In this document: positions 52,788 to 64,000 of the stretch, piece by piece
Layout of the letters: every line of letters begins with the position of its first letter
Numbering within the stretch: position 1 is the first letter of the stretch
DNA from: Lytechinus pictus
Lineage: Eukaryota
Length of the DNA: 64,000 nt
Assembly (NCBI RefSeq): GCF_037042905.1
Contig: NC_087263.1
Location: 13,890,001 to 13,954,000 of the forward strand
Direction: 5' to 3'
Translations under genes and position numbers: made by a program
The notes under the pieces: model-generated
What the model was told of the DNA's origin: nothing
What the model saw: only the letters and a program-made list of their open reading frames with translations
Databases searched by the model: none

Positions 52788-53167
52788 TGGATTCACAATA
52801 CGGTGCGCCATCTATCGGTTACAGCGGACAGGCCAAGATTCGCAATGCCTCATGGGAAAAAGTCGACTTCTGCTGTGCACGCTATTGCATGCATGTGATT
52901 ATGCTATGGTGGCCTTGCATGAAATTATGCTGTTAACCAGGATCCAGGAGGTGGGAGAGAAATTGCCGCTTATTTCTTTGCGAAATTTAGACCCGTTTTC
53001 TGTGAATCCTTCCTCCGCTTTGCCGTATGGTTTTCATATTTGAAGCATCAAAATCGCATTACAGTACACTAGCACTGTGCGCTGCCTGTGCGTGCGATGT
53101 CGTCCCGAAGCATAGAAATTGGCCTGTCCGCTGGAACTGATAGATGGCGCACCATATTGTGCATCCA
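52788..53167. mobile_element. MITE with ~50-bp TIRs
   Basis: tggattcacaatacggtgcgccatctatcggttacagcggacaggccaa versus ttggcctgtccgctggaactgatagatggcgcaccatattgtgcatcca. Confidence 0.75.
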
Positions 53168-53567
53168 CCGCATTGTCGTTTCAAATACACAATTAAATGC
53201 AAACAAAGTTTTTATGTGACATCAATAGTCATCACATCTGTACTCTATTAAAGAGGAAAAACACTGACTGATATGAAAAACTTTGAATATTCCGAACTAC
53301 TATGGGCCTATTAGTCTATCAGAAGTATAGTCTAAAAGGAAAAACTCAAAAGATTGCAGCAAATGTCAATCAAGCGTATTGGAATGTCTTTCGTATTTAC
53401 AAAAATGAGGATAAATGAGAGAATCGTAGGAAAAGGGAGGTTAATCAATCTTTCTCTTTGGTGGACTGCGATCCCATACATGTATTAAAGTGAACAATAA
53501 GATTTGATTACATTGCACAAGCAAATACGTATACACAACATACATATGACCCAAAATTATGAGTAAT

Positions 53568-54071
53568 GGGGTGTTGCACAAAACTTGCAATCAATTGCAA
53601 GTCTATTTTGGGTCTCCAAATCAATCATATGTCTTGCGATTAATTGCAAATTAGCTATTGATCCCTGGGCCCAGTCTTACAAAGAGTTACGATTGATCCA
53701 ATCAATTGCAACTATGGAAGGCCATCAAAGTCAACATCTAAAATGCATGTTTGTTTTAAAAAAATTAGATATGAATGTATTTCCATAAATTCATTGATTT
53801 CATGACTATTTGGTGTGTTCTCCTTTGTTTACATACATGTAGGACATTTTGCAAATTTCCTGTAGAAAAAAATTATGACACTGATGGATTTCCATAGAGT
53901 TACGTTTGATTGGATCAATCGTAAGTGTTTGTAAGACAGGGCCCCTGATCTGTTTCCTTGTCACAAGGTGTGTAAATTGATTTGCTACAGCTAAAATTGA
54001 TTTATTGATTGTGAAAGTGCAACAGAAATTTGCAATTGATACATGTAGCTGCATTTTTGTGCAACATCCCC
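53568..54071. mobile_element. Nested MITEs (outer ggggtgttgcacaaaa TIR; inner 53667-53944 gggcccagtcttacaaa TIR)
   Basis: Two concentric inverted-repeat pairs; the inner pair extends to acgattgatccaatcaa / ttgattggatcaatcgt. Confidence 0.75.
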
Positions 54072-55717
54072 CTTCAAGTGTGAAGCCTAGACTTTCGTGG
54101 TTGCAACCAGAATGTGAGTTTTTCAATATGGAATCTTTATCTAGTGGTTGGAACTATCTTTCCAAATATAAAACTTCTCCTTCAAGAAAGCCATAAAATT
54201 CTTTAAAAGTTCAGAAATTGCATTCAAATATGTGATATATGCATCATAATTCCACAGAATGTAAACAATTGCAATTCATCAAAATAAGTTGTACTCCAAA
54301 CAAAAAAATCAATACACTGAAGTTCTATGGTGACAAATTGTAATCTACTGTATCTTTGAACAAAAGCACACAAAAATAAATTAACATTAACAAAATAACT
54401 TACATCCTCCTGTACACCTGTACATAGAGTGTAGAAGTGCATAATACCCTATTAAATCATATTGCACCAAATAAATACAAAACAATACAAACAGATAAAA
54501 CATATGTCACCTAATCACACAACTCAAAGTACAAAAGTTTCTGACTTAGATACGTACTACAATGTACAAGTGATAAACTCACTAAGGAGAAACTCACAAA
54601 GTCTTTCTGTAAGAGTCATGTGGTGAATTGCATAATTTGGTATTGTATCAGTCAGTAAATGAATTTTATTTAACAAGAAGTAAGCAAGATACCACCCAAG
54701 GGTTCATTACATGCCGCCGCACACAGAAAAATCAAGCCATAGAAGTCGCGTGTTGTGGACACCAGAAGTGAGATCCCAGCACGCGTGAGCCACTAGTTAG
54801 AAATCCACTGCCAAACGTGGTTCATGGTGCGAGGTTAGTATACTAATACTAACCTCGCAATATGTGTGAGTGGCAAGATACATGTATTAGTGATATTTAG
54901 GACTGGAAGTATTTTGAAAGTATGGGTTCCATTCACTGGCGTACAGATTTTTCACGACCAAGAAAAAGAAGAGAAAAAGGAAAGGGATAAGGGTGAAATA
55001 TGTTATTTTCCGAATATTATGTCAAAATCTATTACACACTTGGATTTTTGTAATAAAACTGTTGAAACTTTTGCTCGCTCGCTCGTAACTTTTTATTAAT
55101 TTTACGCAATACGCCATATCGAGCCCTATCAAAATTTTTGGCTCATTACGCTACTGGACCCATTATGTTGAGTATGAAATCTTAGGTAGAAATCATCAAA
55201 AAAATTACAAGGTGCATGTGGAGATGAAATTGGGCTTACGCCTGACAAATATGAGTGTCACCATGATTTACACCATTCAGCAAAAGTTTGAGATAGAACT
55301 CATCCCGGTAATGTAACATGATTCCATGGCATTTGGCCTGTGACTGATGTTTCCATAAAATAAAGTACAAAATATGGCATGTTATGAAAACAAGTGCATA
55401 AAATGTTAAAGATGAGGGTTTGTCTCAACATCCTATTCTCAAGAAAAAGAAAAAACTGTAAAGAATGAAAGAATGAAGAGTATAAAAGAGGGAACAAAAT
55501 ATAGAGAAGGATATTTTATATCCTTCTGCTAAAATTGTGATAATTTGAACTTTTTAAGGTCATGTTTATTTAAATACATATATTTTACATACAATATATA
55601 AAAAAAGTTTCACCCCACGGGTGTCCGAGTTCACATCTACACGAGATGGAGTCTACGGAAAAGCTGATTTGAGTACCAGAGGGAAGTGGGTTGGAGGGGT
55701 GTGACTCTGCTCCCCTC

Positions 55718-55810
55718 TTAGGGTAAGCTTCCACTCATCAGGGGTACAGGTGCTAGGCCTCTCTCCTCTATCACATCCATCAGACACCGATGAATGAACA
55801 CGTACTGTTG
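55718..55810 (-). CDS. Receptor-type PTP last coding exon (QQYVFIHRCLMDVIEERGLAPVPLMSGSLP*)
   Basis: QTxxQYxF completed across the junction; TAA at 55720-18. No second (D2) PTP domain is seen downstream. Confidence 0.88.
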   Translation of the reverse strand, partial: QQYVFIHRCLMDVIEERGLAPVPLMSGSLP

Positions 55811-56616
55811 CTGTGGAGATGACAGATAAGAAGGAAAAATATGAAACTTATAGCTAATTGGCAAAAATGCTTCATTTGCAATTAAATTTTTTCTCCTGAT
55901 TACACATCATTTTCTAGCGACGCACTTCAACAGATACATGAAAGACAGTAGGAAAACAAGATCACATCTGGAGTATGTAGTAAAGCATGTTTATTAAATA
56001 CAAAATAAAATATTCAGAAGAACATCACTGAGATAATAAGGGTTCGGCAGGCATGTACATGTAGCTGGAGGGGGGGGGGGGGCAGTGGATGGTTGACCCC
56101 CAAGAAGTTTTGCAAAAATTCAAAAGTGAACACTTCATGTGGCATTCTGATAGCCATGGTTAGTTAAACATTGGTGTTACTAAGACCACACTTTTATGGA
56201 GTGCCAGTTGTCAACTTTTTCACAAATTAAAAAATTATTCTTAATGCTGCAAAAGTTGTCAAAAAATTAATTGAGTCACAAAATAGGAAGAATAGGAATG
56301 TATAAAAATATAATAGATTTTAATGAATTAGTTGGTATGTATTATAATTGCCATGCATATGGAAGAAATATCATGAAGTCAGCATTCCATAGAAGTGTGG
56401 TTTAAAATCCCAATTTAGACTAGGGCTAAACCTAAGTTTAATCATCAGTATACCATCCTCAATGTTTATTTTAAGCATGAAATATGTCGGCATGAAGGTT
56501 CAACTCCTAATGACATGAAAGATGTCAATATATCTAATTAATGATTATGATCCTCAATATTCAAATAATTAATGCTGTCCCCCAAAAAGATAGTAAAATA
56601 TCTTTGAAAGGCATAC

Positions 56617-56752
56617 CTCTGTTTGGACCATGAAGTTCCGATGCATCCTCATCCCGCAGACCACACCCATGACATCAACAAAGTCATACTGCTCCATGTG
56701 TTGTAGCATGTGATCTAGGACTATGAAGGTTCCGGTACGTCCTACACCAGCA
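56617..56752 (-). CDS. Receptor-type PTP exon completing catalytic [10 protein letters not shown] and the Q-loop (...[11 protein letters not shown])
   Basis: Splicing yields an intact [10 protein letters not shown]; gtatgc donor. Confidence 0.96.
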
Positions 56753-56773
56753 CTGCAGAGAAGAATAGAAAGG

Positions 56774-57295
56774 TCATCATCATATCAATTACCTTCATCA
56801 TCACATCATCATCATCATCTTCACCATCATCATATCATAATCATAATCATCAGCACCATCATCATCATCATCATCATCATCATCACCACCACCACCACCA
56901 CCACCATCATCATCATCACTATCATATCATTTTCACTATCAATAATCTTCATCCTCCTTATCATCTTAATCATTATCATTATCATCATAGATCAGTGTCA
57001 TGACCATAATCATCAACTTCATTGTCAGCAGCAGTATCATAAGTAGCAGCATCTTCACAACCACCACTGCTACCACCATCACCACCACCATCATCACCTT
57101 CACTACTGCCATCATCATCAATCAAAATCCTCATCAATACCATTTTCACCACTACCACCATCATCATTAACGCCACTATATCACCATCTTTATCTTGATC
57201 ACCACCATCACTACCACCCCCACCATCACTATGGCTACCACAAACACCACCACCTCCTCCATCATCATTATCATCTTTACATAGGTATCATCATG
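56774..57295. repeat. Degenerate (CAT/CAC)n microsatellite filling the intron that splits the HCS catalytic codon
   Basis: Seen directly. Confidence 0.9.
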
Positions 57296-57330
57296 ACACA
57301 ATCCCATCAAGCTTATCTTCTGTTGCTTAC

Positions 57331-57479
57331 CTACAATGAACCGCTATGGGAGCACTAGAGGGTGGTTTAGTGCCTCTGATCTTCCTGATGAAGGCTAGAA
57401 GAGCTTGGCTTGACTCCGGTACTCCATGGTCGGGCCAGGAGAGAAAGTTCCAGTGTCGAACATAGCGCCGCTGGTCTCT
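57331..57479 (-). CDS. Receptor-type PTP exon with WPD loop (RDQRRYVRHWNFLSWPDHGVP...PIAVHCS)
   Basis: WPDHGVP and PxxVHC motifs; gtaagc donor. Confidence 0.96.
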
Positions 57480-57680
57480 CTGTAAATCATGAAAATATAA
57501 TTTGATAGAGACTTTTGCCATAACTAGTGAGACTCTCCATAATTTTAGATGATCATAATCATAATTTGGTCAAAAAATAATTTAAATTACTTTCTTTTGT
57601 TTCCATGTTACATACTGTATGCAATTTGGCATAGGAAGAAATCAACACCAGTTGCTGACCAAATTTGCTGAGGAAGAAGA

Positions 57681-57984
57681 TAATAATAATAATAATAATT
57701 GGCATTTATATAGCGCTTTATCAATCTACGACTGTTCAAAGCGCTTCACAATTATTATTACCCGGTCACTGGATTCATAGCATTTCAAGCAGCCTGTTAA
57801 GCGCACACTTGCTAAACCAACCACAATAACAGTTGTTTCCTACCGGTACCCAATTAGCACCTGGGTGAGAGTGGCAAATTGTGGATTGACGCCTTGCCAA
57901 AGGGCACTAGGCCAGGGTGGGATTCGAACACACGACCCTCTGATTACAAGGCGAGAGTCAGAACCGCTACACCACGGCGCTTCC
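57681..57984 (-). mobile_element. tRNA-derived SINE with L2-like 3' end
   Basis: Minus strand: A box tggtgtagcgg, B box gttcgaatcc, central cccaggtgctaattgggtacc, 3' aagcgctatataaat and a (TTA)n tail. Confidence 0.85.
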
Positions 57985-58842
57985 ATCTTAATACCAGATC
58001 TTACCAGTGAAACAATATAAACGGCAAAGCTTGGTAAATCGTATATTTTTTTAGTTCCACATATATACACAGTGAGAAATTATCATTATGCTGTTAAAAA
58101 TTTGAAAATAGTAATTATGTGAGTCATGTCTTAAATAGACTACAATGTGAAAATACTGTGAATACTTACACTGTAGAGGTGTTCACAGTGTGAAATAATG
58201 CTTTACACTCCTAAATGTGAGCATTGTAACACTTTCATCACATCTTCGTATGGTCCACTAAGTGAACACACTATAAACACACTGTGATCACACACTATAG
58301 AGGTACCCACAGTATCATTAGTACTGTAAAATTTGAACATAATGTGAATAACATCTTCACACAGTCTACTATGTGAAAACACTGTGATACTCACACTGTA
58401 GATGTATCCACAGTGTGAAATAATTTGCACACCTAGATTTGAGTATTTTAAAGGTGTGAATCCCAATCTTACATCGTCCACTGTGATACAGGTAAATGTA
58501 GTTTATCTTGTGTCCATCAACAAATGGATAAGAAAGGGTTGTGCAAAAGTAATTTTTGTAAGATTGGGTAAATATCTGCACTTTAGAAATATTAATCCAA
58601 ATTAAAAAGTAAGGTATGAAATCAGTAAAGGAAAGAAAAGAATTTCAAAAGTCATTTTCAATCTCTAATATGATCCTTTCATGTATATATATATATATGT
58701 ACATGTATGTTAATGATTCTAATAATCTAACAATGATCTGAAATGTTGAAAATAACAGAATAAAATCATAATAAAAACAGAATATCAAATAAATCAATCA
58801 AGAAATGAGTAGTGAAAATCAGTGAATAAGTAATATTCTAAC

Positions 58843-58965
58843 CTGTTGAACAGCAAATTCCTTAATATTCCAATCATTTTCTTCAATGGTTTGGTTCATC
58901 GTGACTTGGATATCACCGTACAGGACAGGCATGTGGTCATCCGGCCAGTACTGATCACACTTTAC
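58843..58965 (-). CDS. Receptor-type PTP exon (VKCDQYWPDDHMPVLYGDIQVTMNQTIEENDWNIKEFAVQQ)
   Basis: KCxxYWP motif; ttag acceptor, gttaga donor. Confidence 0.95.
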
Positions 58966-59659
58966 CTAAATAGGAGAGAAAGAAAATTTTAATAGTCATA
59001 ATAATAATAATAACAATACCCACCAAACACCACTTACATTGTAAGTCTCAAAGCAATATAAGCATTATTATCCCAGGTTTGGCAGAGCAACTGTTACATG
59101 CTGCGCATTTTTTTTAAAATCACAGCTTAAATGTTCAGATTCATAATTTTATTTTATTTTAATTCACCCACCTTCACATTTTAATAATAATTCAATATAT
59201 TTTCACACCTCTCTAAAAATGTATATATATTTGACAAATAATTAGACAAATTAATACAAATCTCAATAGTAATGCATTAAAAAACATCTACATCTATATT
59301 GCAAAGTCATTATCTGAGAGTCTCTCCTTTATTTCCCTTCAACATTTCAGGGGAGCATTTCATGAATATTTTTGTCAGTGAGTTTTACTGACAGACTTTA
59401 TGAGCTAATGCAAATCCTCGAACATGATTGGCTAAGAGCAATTTAGTCTGGGGAAAAATCACTGACAAGACATTTCATGAAATGCTCCAATTAAGATCAA
59501 TTAATAACTTTTCTTTCAACAAAGATATATATTCAATATTCCTAAACACCATCGACATGCAATTTTCACTGACAGATCAATGTTATAAGCTACTGAAATC
59601 CTTGCATCTGATTAGCTGAGAGCAAATTAGGCAGTAAAGATCACTGACAAAGCTTTTTA

Positions 59660-59974
<315 letters not shown>

Positions 59975-60019
59975 CTATATGCAGGAATGGGAAAGAGAGA
60001 GAGAGTTGAGACCAGAATG

Positions 60020-60780
60020 AAAATGAGCTTATCATGAATTTGAGAAGAAGAAGCTACTGATATTCATTTTGTTTTATTCCAGATTCAATAAAAAAGAGGT
60101 ATCCCAGGAAGGATAGAGATAGAGCGACACCAGAATACTAAATGAGGATATCAAGAATTAAAGGAGAAGATGCTCCTGAAAATAATTTTCTTCTTTTCCA
60201 GTCCTAACAACCTCTAGGAATAGTTAAGAGAGAGTGAAAGAGTTCATAATAAAGATGAGGATATCAAGATTTAAAGGAGAAGATGTTCCTGAAAATGATT
60301 TTCTTCTTTCCAGTTCTAACAAACTCTAGGAATAATTAAGAGAGAGTGAAAGAGTTCATAATAAATATGATAGCAAGAATTTAAGGTAAAAATGCTCCTG
60401 AAAATGATTTCTTGTATTCCAGTTTTAACAAACAGGAAAACCTTGAGGAATACTCAAGAGAGTGCAAAAGAGTCCATAATAAAGATGAGGATAACAAGAA
60501 TTTAAGGAAAAGATGCTCCTGAAAATGTTTTTGTCTGTTCCAGTTCTCACAAACAAAACAACTCAAAGGAGTGATTCAGAGAGAACAAGACAGAGAACAG
60601 TATCAAAATGACTGAGGATATCAAGAATTAAAGGAATAGATGCTTGTGATAACGATTTTCTTCTTTTTCAGTTTTAACAAGAGGAATTACAAAGAAAGAG
60701 AAAGAGAGAGACCAAACCCATGATGAGGATACATCCAGAATTACATAAGAAAATGCCACTGAAATGAATCTGTATCACTT
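60020..60780. repeat. Degenerate ~110-130 bp tandem repeat, about 7 units
   Basis: atgaggatatcaagaattaaaggagaagatgctcctgaaa-like motif near 60023, 60143, 60255, 60367, 60485, 60613 and 60723. Confidence 0.8.
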
Positions 60781-61068
60781 TTAACAACAAAATATCAGTC
60801 AATAATGAACCAGTATACTCCCCTCCACTTCAGTGCCTTTTCTTTGTATGTGTACATGGAGTCCTGGACTACAATTTCATTTGTAGAAGATCATCTAATT
60901 GAGGTTACACATGGTGTAACTGAAAATCTTGATAAAATTTAACTTCATTGATACAGGGAACATTTTGTGATCATTATGACAACTCATGGATAGAGTACTT
61001 ATAAAGTAGGTGGATCGGATAAGCACACAAAAGAGTCATAACAAAATTAGAAGGAATCTGAGACTTAC

Positions 61069-61145
61069 TGGTATATAGTTTGCATTGACATAATCAGATC
61101 CTTCCTCATCATCTACAGGACTCAGTTTCACCCTTGTACGATCAT
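61069..61145 (-). CDS. Receptor-type PTP exon ([26 protein letters not shown])
   Basis: PTP motifs DxxRVKL and DYxNA; gtaagt donor. Confidence 0.95.
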
Positions 61146-61433
61146 CTGAAATAAAGAAGAGTAATGATATATTTCTTGTCAGTATTTCTGATCACTAAAA
61201 AACAACCCCACTTTGTGACTTGTTGGGCATGAAATCCTATGATTGTATTTTTAAAATCAAAATTAAATAAATGAATGACACAAAAAAATGTTGAAATATG
61301 AAATGAAATAGGGGAGAACAGCTAGTGAGTGTGCCTCTTGGTGGCTTTTCAAACTTTATCAGATGTGATTTATCACATAATGTTTGTCTTAATGTGCATT
61401 TAGGTTAATGGTACAAGATGTTTCAAATCTTAC

Positions 61434-61524
61434 ATGGTAGAATATTGGTGTAGCGATTTTTGCCCACGTTTGCTGGAGAGACTGCAGTGTTTGTGGTCAT
61501 CTTCCGTCCTACTTTACGAATAGC
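61434..61524 (-). CDS. Receptor-type PTP exon (AIRKVGRKMTTNTAVSPANVGKNRYTNILP)
   Basis: pTyr-recognition loop KNRY; ttccag acceptor, gtaaga donor. Confidence 0.93.
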
Positions 61525-61784
61525 CTGGAAATCAATGTCAGAAGTGAGAAAGAGATCTTTGAAAAAAATTATAAAATGGAATTGTGTAGTTTCACCTGTA
61601 TCGTTGAAACTTTGATATAATGAGCAATTTCATACGAATATCTTCTTATAACAGATTGGAGACGGAACCTGCATCGTGGGCTGGGATCACGTGTTATAGC
61701 AAATTTATTCAGTATCCAAAGGGTTAATTAGGTGGTACTGGAAAGTATGTGTTTTGTTAACACCATTATCATTGGGCAACTTAA

Positions 61785-62240
61785 AAAGGAAATTAACCCT
61801 GAAGAATATTTTGTTGAAAATAGCAGACAAAAATAACAAAAAATACTGGTGAAGGTTTGAGGAAAATCTATTGAAGATTATTCGAATTTTAAGTTTTGGA
61901 TTTGTGACGTCATAAACGAGCAGCTGGCCCCTTTGTTATGTAATATAAAATGTGATGACTTATTTTAGTTTTCTTTGCAGGAACAGGTGTGAAATGATTT
62001 TCTATTAATATACTGATGGTAAAGTAGAAACCATTTAAAATTTTCCGAGAAAATTATATTTAATTGTTTTTTTTACCATAGGATATGTAGGAAAGCTGCT
62101 CACATGTGATGTCACAAATCAAATGATCAAATTTCTCATAACTTTTTATTCTTTGATGGAGTTTTCTCAAATCTTTGGCAATATTTCTTTTTTTTTCTGC
62201 TACTTTAACCATATAATTTTTGTCAGGGTGAACTTCCCCT
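61785..62240. mobile_element. Kolobok-like non-autonomous element
   Basis: TTAA flanks; TIR aaggaaattaaccctga / tcagggtgaacttcccct. An internal piece is duplicated at ~62345-62460. Confidence 0.65.
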
Positions 62241-62666
62241 TTAACAAAAGAATGTGCCACGTCTTTAAGCAGGAATCCCACTATGAAGGCGCTATGAGTC
62301 TTTCATAACGGTTTTAATCTTCCATTCCCTCAGTGATTTGCTCATGTTATGTAATATAAAATGCACAAATTTCAATCCTTTAATGGTTCGTGATGACTCA
62401 TTTTTGTTTTCTTTGTAGGAACAGGTGTGAAATGATTTACTGAACTTAGAGTAAAACCATTTGATGTGTGGATTACAAGTGAAAAGATCAAGTGAAAAAC
62501 TGCTTGTGGGATTTGTGCTAAAAGAATTTCGGCTCTAATGTTTTAAGGTGTCCCATGTTCTTCTTGCATTCATTACAACCTGAAATGAAATTATAATAAA
62601 CCATTACTGGGTTTGAAAATTAATTCATTTTTAAGTGGAGTGTAAATCATGGCAATCTCTACTTAC

Positions 62667-62748
62667 TTCATATTCTTGTGAGTAACCATAGTTGCTATCT
62701 GCATTCATGTTAAACCAATCACGGGTAAAGTCACTCACACGAACAGGT
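62667..62748 (-). CDS. Receptor-type PTP exon (RPVRVSDFTRDWFNMNADSNYGYSQEYE)
   Basis: RPV..F....M.ADS.Y..S.EYE pattern typical of the region just before the catalytic domain of R3 receptor PTPs; gtaagt donor. Confidence 0.88.
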
Positions 62749-63149
62749 CTAGAAAAAAGGGAATATATATAAATTGTTATTGTTTTACTAATCGTTATAA
62801 GTTATTGATTAGTCCATGACAATTACTATCGTTACCTTATTCTTAACTTAATCATTATTAATGTCATCATTACTCATGCCAGAAATGACATAAATACAGT
62901 TTTCATTAATTTTTAAATAATAAATATTACACAAATCATTTGGCCCCCCTTTTTTTTTTGGGGGGGGTACTAATACCCCAAGATCTCAAAGAGTACTTGC
63001 TATACATTTTGAGAGTGAAAACAACAACAACAAAAAACGAAATTTTCTAAAAATATTCCACTAAAGTAAAACTTTTGGATTACACACTTTATGACATCGG
63101 ATGAAAAATAAGAAGTGTTTTCAAGAATGGTTAATTTATCAACTTTTAC

Positions 63150-63251
63150 CTGGAATGTTTTTGTTTTGAGATTGTGTGAGTATTATTTGCAACACGGGTT
63201 AACTCCACATCCTTCATGTTTGCTGGGAGATAGCGACCTCTACCGTCAAGT
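63150..63251 (-). CDS. Receptor-type PTP (R3-like), probable juxtamembrane exon (LDGRGRYLPANMKDVELTRVANNTHTISKQKHSR)
   Basis: tacag acceptor and gtaaaa donor; open in phase 2 to 2 and joins the next exon to give SR|PV. Sequence conservation is low. Confidence 0.65.
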
Positions 63252-64000
63252 CTGTACAATGGAAGAGATCAGAGAAAGGAAAAGTAATCATCGATTATTG
63301 ATAAGAATTGTAGTAAAATTAATCATTCATACAGTGTCGAGATCAATTATACAAAGCAGTGGAATCACCCACTGTTACCACATAATGGGACCATTTATTT
63401 TTGGACAAAAGGATAGTATTGAAAATAATTAACAGTGGCTTTGTAAAAAATAGTATGTCAAAAAATGGACGATAAGTGACTGAATAAGCTATTTCCAGTA
63501 AGATATAGACAATGAAAGAGACCAGAGCAAAGGCTACGAATAATTGAATATGATATCACTTTTGATAGAAGATTAAACAACACAGACTTGTAACAAAAAT
63601 TAAGTAACACACAACTTTTTGTTAGCTGATGGAGATGAAATGTAAAAAAAAAAATTAAATCAACAAGTTTTTACTGTTCAGAGAAAAACACGCTCAATAT
63701 TAATGATAGATTTTATTATAGACATGAGCATGGTTTCATGCTTTAAAAGAGTTAACTTGTTTATGAAATAATTTCATCTGGATAAATGCACTTTGTTTAG
63801 AGTTATGTAATTAAACCATGTAATTACTTAAAATTTTCTCTTGAATAATGATTAAATATGAATTTTAATAGACATTCAAGCTGAGCTTTAAACTGATGAT
63901 TAGTATTGCAACAACACTTTTAAAGCGACACAACATTCACTACTAAGCCACAAACCTATAATGAATTGCTATACGCTGCTAGGGAGAACATTCTGTACCA

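Noticed and set aside
57915..57984. tRNA gene (also 43079-43150)
   Set aside because: A and B boxes are present, but there is no paired acceptor stem and the sequence runs into a SINE body and tail.
63115..63432. 105-aa plus-strand ORF
   Set aside because: It is antisense to a probable PTP exon, starts with GTG and has no recognisable features.

Overview
This is an AT-rich, intron-containing animal genome window. It is most likely a sea urchin or other invertebrate deuterostome, inferred from the protein sequences, repeat types and TACATGTA abundance. Three spliced protein-coding genes can be rebuilt by hand with phase-consistent GT-AG junctions. (1) A complete minus-strand UCP1/2/3-type mitochondrial uncoupling protein, with 5 coding exons at 11271->748 (321 aa). 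(2) A complete plus-strand mitochondrial single-stranded DNA-binding protein SSBP1, with 6 coding exons at 40036->47096 (146 aa). (3) The 3' end of a minus-strand, single-domain, R3-like receptor protein tyrosine phosphatase, with 9 exons at 63251->55718; its 5' part lies beyond the window. The rest is introns and intergenic DNA with many non-autonomous DNA transposons (hAT-, piggyBac-, Harbinger-, Kolobok-, Tc1- and Crypton-like), tRNA-derived SINEs, minisatellites and microsatellites. I find no convincing wholly new biological system. The best leads are regulatory or structural: a uORF-loaded UCP 5' leader, a methylation-like compositional boundary pointing to a distal UCP promoter, an inverted MITE pair in an SSBP1 intron, a MITE with divergent CTCF-like sites between convergent genes, a young satellite inside a MITE, and a possible phosphatase-truncating alternative exon.
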